Source of the DNA: an uncultured Spirochaetia bacterium
GTDB lineage: Bacteria > Oederibacteriota > PGYV01
Assembly (NCBI GenBank): GCA_964417645.1
Contig: CAYQIS010000002.1
Coordinates: 66,583 to 130,582 of the forward strand
Length of the DNA: 64,000 nt
Direction of reading: 5' to 3'
Shown: positions 59,399-64,000 of the stretch, one piece after another
Layout of the letters: the number at the start of each line of letters is the position of its first letter
How positions within the stretch are numbered: position 1 is the first letter of the stretch
Notes under the pieces: generated by a model
What the model was told of the DNA's origin: nothing
The model's database searches: none
The model's input: only the letters and a program-made list of their open reading frames with translations
Translations under genes and position numbers: made by a program

Positions 59399-60328
59399 AT
59401 GAAAAAATTTTTTGTTTTATCGTTGTTTACGCTTTTTTTGATTTATACAAGTGTATTTTCCGGGGATTTGGATATGGAAATATCATTCGATGGTAAAGGA
59501 AATAAAGGAGCTTCAATTGGCTTGCTGAATGAAGCCGGTTCGGATGTAAATTATTTGTATTATAACGTCTATCTGGGATTGCAGAATGACGGAATGTTTA
59601 ATGCTGCGGCCGGAATAAGCTATAATTTTGATGCCGGTCTATTTTTCGGGGCGGTTTCATATAATTTTTCTTTAATGAGAACTTATTATTCTTCGTCCAC
59701 AATAACACCTGATATATATGACCTGCAAACTGACGTGATAAGCAATAATGCGGGCGTTGCAGGGGGATTAAATTTTTGGGATTTTTTTACCGAGACCGGA
59801 ACGGATATATTCTTTAATTTTCAAACATATCAAAAACCCGCGGAAAATTTATATTTTAGAAGAAATGAAAACGAAAACACGGCAGCTTTAAATTATAATT
59901 TTTTTCAGCCGTTTTTAAAATTCGGATTTAAAAAAGAAAAATTTCCAGAGATTGCAATTACTGCCGCGAAATATTTTTATTCCGTTTCGCCGGATGTTGT
60001 TCTGGAAAAAACAATAAAAACCGCTGACCCTTTTTATTCCGCCATTGATTCAGCCATAACTTTCAGGGACTGGTTTGCCGGAACTGAAATTAAATTTGAA
60101 ATATATGATATTCCCGTAAAACTTACCTACAGAAGATTGCATTATATTGATGCAAAGAGCGAAAAGTATCCTTTAATTTCCAATAAAGCGGGTATACTTG
60201 TTTCTTTTTTTGATAAAAACGGAACAAAATACGGAATAGCATATGGCTTTGAAAGGGAAAAAACGGCTTTAACGGAAGCCTTTTCAGATGTCATGGAAAT
60301 ATCATTTTCTTTGGAACTTAAAATTTAA
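59399..60328 (+). CDS. Hypothetical secreted / outer-membrane-like protein
   Basis: Signal peptide; Asn/Phe/Tyr-rich beta-like sequence. Confidence 0.5.
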   Translation: MKKFFVLSLFTLFLIYTSVFSGDLDMEISFDGKGNKGASIGLLNEAGSDVNYLYYNVYLGLQNDGMFNAAAGISYNFDAGLFFGAVSYNFSLMRTYYSSSTITPDIYDLQTDVISNNAGVAGGLNFWDFFTETGTDIFFNFQTYQKPAENLYFRRNENENTAALNYNFFQPFLKFGFKKEKFPEIAITAAKYFYSVSPDVVLEKTIKTADPFYSAIDSAITFRDWFAGTEIKFEIYDIPVKLTYRRLHYIDAKSEKYPLISNKAGILVSFFDKNGTKYGIAYGFEREKTALTEAFSDVMEISFSLELKI

Positions 60329-60391
60329 TATTAAATTAAAATTATATTTTTTATAAAGTTTTTTGTTAGTCTCAATTTTTATTGGCCTGCC

Positions 60392-60420
60392 TTGACAAGC
60401 ACATTTTGCGCATTTATAAT
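60392..60420 (+). promoter_or_regulatory. Consensus sigma-70 promoter TTGACA-17-TATAAT
   Basis: TTGACA 60392-60397, TATAAT 60415-60420. Confidence 0.6.
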
Positions 60421-60447
60421 CATTACACTTTTTAAAAGAGGCTTAAA

Positions 60448-60600
60448 ATGATAAAAAAGATTTTTGACAATTTAATGAAACTGCTTATTAAGATTGACAA
60501 CGGATTTTTATGCGATACCTGCAGGTTTAATGACCCTAAGGCCTGTTCAATACCCGGCAGACCAAATATGAAATCCTGCCGTGAATATTCCAGAAAATAA
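60448..60600 (+). CDS. Small Cys-containing protein (50 aa)
   Basis: RBS 'AAGAGG'; 'CDTC...C...C' pattern; sits between the consensus promoter and the FmdB gene. Confidence 0.4.
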   Translation: MIKKIFDNLMKLLIKIDNGFLCDTCRFNDPKACSIPGRPNMKSCREYSRK

Positions 60601-60611
60601 GGGGTGAACAT

Positions 60612-60890
60612 ATGCCGACATATGAATACAGATGTATAAATTGCGGAGACATGGAAATCAAACAGTCAATTACCGAGGAAGAGATAAAAAAATGTCCCAA
60701 ATGCGGGACTTCGGATTTTAAAAAAATGATATCAAAAGGCGCGGGAATAATATTTAAAGGAAGCGGTTTTTATGAAACGGATTACAAGAAAAAAGAGAAT
60801 CCCGAGCCAAAAGCGGAAGGTACGGCTTCTGCCGCGTGCAGCACTTGCGAACACGCGAAAAACGGAGAATGCGGGTCGGGAAATAAATGA
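60612..60890 (+). CDS. FmdB-family zinc-ribbon protein
   Basis: 'MPTYEYRCINCG...CPKCG' is the hallmark FmdB N-terminus. Confidence 0.75.
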   Translation: MPTYEYRCINCGDMEIKQSITEEEIKKCPKCGTSDFKKMISKGAGIIFKGSGFYETDYKKKENPEPKAEGTASAACSTCEHAKNGECGSGNK

Positions 60891-62164
60891 AAAATAATTT
60901 TACCGCGGTGATTCTGGCTGCCGGAATGGGCACAAGAATGCTTTCTGAAAAACCAAAAGTTCTTCATGAAGTTTGCGGCAAGCCCATGCTTGGACATGTT
61001 ATTGATGCATGCGCGGGGGCGGGTATTAAAGATATTATAATAGTTGCGGGAACAAATTTTAAATTATTAAAAGAATATACAGGGAAAAATTATGAAAATC
61101 TTGGGATAAAATTTGCAATTCAAAAACCCGCTTTGGGAACCGCGCATGCTGTTGGTTCTGTTTTTGCAAAAAGATTAAAGGTTAATAATGCCGTACTGAT
61201 TTTAAGCGGGGATGCGCCCCTGATAACCTCTGACACAATACTTAAATTTATTGAAGTTTTTAATTCGAAAAAGTCCGGCGGTATAATTGCGGTATGTTCC
61301 ATGGATGATCCTAAAGAATATGGCCGTATAATAGCTGCAAGTGACGGCAGTGTTGAAAGGATTGTTGAAGAAAACGACGCCGATGAAAAGCAAAAATCAA
61401 TAAAATTAATAAATGGCGGAGTATATATAATAAGAAAAGATTTATTGATAAAAGGATTGAAAAAAATTAAGAAGAATCCGAAAAAAGGCGAATTTTATCT
61501 TACGGACATTGCCGCTGTAATGAGCGGGGAGAAAAAACCTCTTATTCCTGTAATGGCACCGGCGTACGAACTTGCGGGCGTTAACAACAGAAAACAGCTT
61601 GCGGAAATATCCGAAATAATGAATAAAAAAAATCTTGAAAAAATGGCCTTAAATGGTATAACTATTGAAGATTTTAACACGGTATTTATTGAAGACGGAG
61701 TGAAAATCGGCCGTGATACTGTTATCAGGCCTTTCACTGTTATAAGGGCAAAATCAATTATAGGGAAAAATTGTATAATTGGACCCTCGGCGCATATCAG
61801 ACCCGGAACCGTAATAGGAAACAATGTTAAGATCGGAAACTATGTTGAAATAAAGAATTCCGTAATAGGCGATAATACCGCCGTATCACATTTAAGCTAT
61901 ATAGGCGATGCGGAACTTGGAAAAAATGTAAATATTGGCGCAGGAACTATTACGGCAAATTATGACGGAAAAAACAAGCATAAAACAGTGATAGGTGATT
62001 TCGCTTATGTCGGAAGCAACACAGTTTTTGTTGCTCCGGTAAAAATAGGAAAGAATACCGTTATTGGCGCGGGCTCGGTTATTACCGAAGATGTGCCTGA
62101 TTATTCTTTGGCTGTTGCAAGACAAAGACAGGTAACCAAAACAGGTTATATGAAAGGAAGATAG
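60887..62164 (+). CDS. glmU: Bifunctional UDP-N-acetylglucosamine pyrophosphorylase / GlcN-1-P acetyltransferase
   Basis: 'AVILAAGMGTRM', 'PKVLH', C-terminal left-handed beta-helix hexapeptide repeats. Confidence 0.85.
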   Translation: MKNNFTAVILAAGMGTRMLSEKPKVLHEVCGKPMLGHVIDACAGAGIKDIIIVAGTNFKLLKEYTGKNYENLGIKFAIQKPALGTAHAVGSVFAKRLKVNNAVLILSGDAPLITSDTILKFIEVFNSKKSGGIIAVCSMDDPKEYGRIIAASDGSVERIVEENDADEKQKSIKLINGGVYIIRKDLLIKGLKKIKKNPKKGEFYLTDIAAVMSGEKKPLIPVMAPAYELAGVNNRKQLAEISEIMNKKNLEKMALNGITIEDFNTVFIEDGVKIGRDTVIRPFTVIRAKSIIGKNCIIGPSAHIRPGTVIGNNVKIGNYVEIKNSVIGDNTAVSHLSYIGDAELGKNVNIGAGTITANYDGKNKHKTVIGDFAYVGSNTVFVAPVKIGKNTVIGAGSVITEDVPDYSLAVARQRQVTKTGYMKGR

Positions 62165-62165
62165 A

Positions 62166-63131
62166 ATGAAAACGATAGGAAAAAAAGTGGAAAAAAACAG
62201 ATTGATTATTATAGCCGGAAACAGCAACAGAAAACTTGCCGAAGAAATAGCATCTTACGCCGGTGTTGAGCTTGCCGATGCTCTTATTGGACGTTTCCCG
62301 GAAGGAGAGATAAGAGTCAAATTAAATGAAAATGTTCGGGGAGCGGACGTTTTTATAGTACAGTCAACATCAATGCCGGTTAATGACAACCTTATGGAAT
62401 TGCTTGTTGTAATAGACGCGTTAAAGCGTGCATCGGCAAAAAGAATAACCGCTGTTATTCCTTTTTATGGATATGCAAGACAGGACAGAAAAGATCAGCC
62501 CAGAGTTCCGATAACGGCAAAATTGGTTGCCAATCTTTTAACAACAGCCGGCGCAAACAGGGTGCTGACCATGGACCTTCATGCGGACCAGATACAGGGT
62601 TTTTTTGACATACCCCTTGATCACCTTTTGGCAGCGCCTGTTTTTATTGATTATTTTAAAAAAAAGGGAGATATGAAAAATTTTGTTGTTGCGGCCTCCG
62701 ACATCGGAGGTGTTAAGCGCGCATGGTATTATGCCGAAAAGCTTAATACTCCCATAGCGATTGTTGATAAAAAAAGAAGCGGTCCTGAATCGGTTGAAGC
62801 AATGCATATCATCGGTGAAGTTAAAGATAAAAACATAATAATACCTGATGATATGATAGCAACAGGTGGAACACTTGTACAGGCCGCAAAATTTCTTAAG
62901 GCAAAAGGCGCCAAGGAAATATATGCCTGTATGACACACGGTATATTTAGCGGGCAGGCTGTTGAAAAGATAGCGGATTCGCCGATAAAGGAAGTTGTTG
63001 TAAGCAACACAATACCTCAGGAAGAACGTGAAAAGGTAAAAAAAATAAAAGTATTGTCAGTTGGAAAAATATTTGGGGAAGGCATAGCAAGAATACATAA
63101 CGAACAGACAATAAGCGAGCTGTTCAGATAA
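62166..63131 (+). CDS. prs: Ribose-phosphate pyrophosphokinase
   Basis: 'DLHADQIQGFFDIPLDHL', PRPP-binding 'IIIPDDMIATGGT'. Confidence 0.95.
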   Translation: MKTIGKKVEKNRLIIIAGNSNRKLAEEIASYAGVELADALIGRFPEGEIRVKLNENVRGADVFIVQSTSMPVNDNLMELLVVIDALKRASAKRITAVIPFYGYARQDRKDQPRVPITAKLVANLLTTAGANRVLTMDLHADQIQGFFDIPLDHLLAAPVFIDYFKKKGDMKNFVVAASDIGGVKRAWYYAEKLNTPIAIVDKKRSGPESVEAMHIIGEVKDKNIIIPDDMIATGGTLVQAAKFLKAKGAKEIYACMTHGIFSGQAVEKIADSPIKEVVVSNTIPQEEREKVKKIKVLSVGKIFGEGIARIHNEQTISELFR

Positions 63132-63188
63132 CAGACGCTGATACCGCGTAATAAAAACGCAAAAAAAAACATTTAAGGAGGAGTCCGT

Positions 63189-63887
63189 ATGGAAAAAGTT
63201 ACTATGGAAGCAGCCGTGCGTGACGGCAAGGCGACGGCCAGAAAACTGAAGAAAGACGGAAAGATTCCTGCCGTAATTTACGGCAAGGAAACAAAATCAA
63301 TGCCCATTGAGATTAAAATTAAGGACATTGAAAAAACAGTGAAGACTTTGTCGCAAGGTACAATTCTTATAACCTTGAAACTCACTGACAAAAACAAAAA
63401 TGAAGAAAAAATAGTTTCAATAAAGGAAATCAGCAGAAATCCGGTTACCGATGAAATTACACATGCCGACCTTTATCAGGTTTCTGTAAATGAAAAATCA
63501 AAGTTCCAGGTGCCGGTTTTTGGAAACGGAGTGCCTGAAGGCGTGAAAGAAGGCGGTGTGCTTGAACATATGGCGCGTTCCGTTACGGTTCGCTGCCTTC
63601 CTGAAAAACTTCCCGCAAGATTTGATCTGGATCTTACCCCGTTAAAAATATTCCAGACCATAACCGTTAAGGATCTTAAAGCTCCCGAGGGAGTTGAGAT
63701 ACTTGATGACCCGAATATGATAATATTTGCGGTTAAGACAATGAAAAAGATTGAAGAGCCTGTGCCCGGAGCCGCAGCCGCTCCTGCGGGCGCTGAAGCC
63801 GCAAAGGAACCTGAGGTTATCAAAGGCGCTCCAAAACCGGAAGAATCGGCCGCAGCCGCTCCAGCCAAGGATTCCAAGAAGAAATAA
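63189..63887 (+). CDS. rplY: 50S ribosomal protein L25 / general stress protein Ctc, with Ala/Pro-rich C-terminal tail
   Basis: '[10 protein letters not shown]' L25 motif; 232 aa Ctc-type. Confidence 0.85.
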   Translation: MEKVTMEAAVRDGKATARKLKKDGKIPAVIYGKETKSMPIEIKIKDIEKTVKTLSQGTILITLKLTDKNKNEEKIVSIKEISRNPVTDEITHADLYQVSVNEKSKFQVPVFGNGVPEGVKEGGVLEHMARSVTVRCLPEKLPARFDLDLTPLKIFQTITVKDLKAPEGVEILDDPNMIIFAVKTMKKIEEPVPGAAAAPAGAEAAKEPEVIKGAPKPEESAAAAPAKDSKKK

Positions 63888-63890
63888 ATA

Positions 63891-64000
63891 TGAAACTGAT
63901 ATGCGGCCTTGGCAATCCGGGGCGCGATTATGCCGATACAAGGCACAATATTGGGTTCTGTTTTCTGGACAGCTATGCAAAAAAACACGGGTTTTTAATA
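63891..64000 (+). CDS. pth: Peptidyl-tRNA hydrolase (5' partial, runs off the window)
   Basis: '[23 protein letters not shown]' Pth N-terminus. Confidence 0.85.

Overview
AT-rich bacterial chromosomal segment, probably from an anaerobe (class III anaerobic RNR nrdDG, fixCX, and Thr-rich secreted proteins carrying 'YPNP'-type T9SS-like C-terminal sorting domains). It is densely coded with housekeeping genes: gatCAB, rlmD-ABC-miaB, glnB, metK-ahcY, tRNA-Cys(GCA), zupT, grpE-dnaJ, fixCX, coaX, lepA, queE, a type-A RNase P RNA (rnpB), guaB-guaA, a debranching-enzyme-like gene, xerD-like recombinase, glmU-prs-rplY(ctc)-pth. Interspersed are accessory-looking genes: ankyrin and MORN repeat proteins, PC4-like and PUR-alpha-like nucleic-acid-binding proteins, glycoside hydrolases plus a TonB-dependent receptor, and an RHH/RelE toxin-antitoxin pair followed by an AT-rich gene with an Rx4HxY (HEPN-like) motif. 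The most unusual observation is that nrdD is split: the glycyl-radical C-terminal segment is a separate 65-aa ORF with its own strong Shine-Dalgarno. Other notable signals are two copies of an NrdR-box-like palindrome upstream of nrdD, a near-consensus sigma-54 promoter with a palindromic UAS and hairpin leader upstream of glnB, rnpB overlapping the 3' end of a LemA-like ORF and producing a spurious N-terminal extension of the next ORF, and a promoter-hairpin-terminator unit that looks like a small RNA. Everything is inferred from reading the sequence and recognising motifs; no database searches were run.
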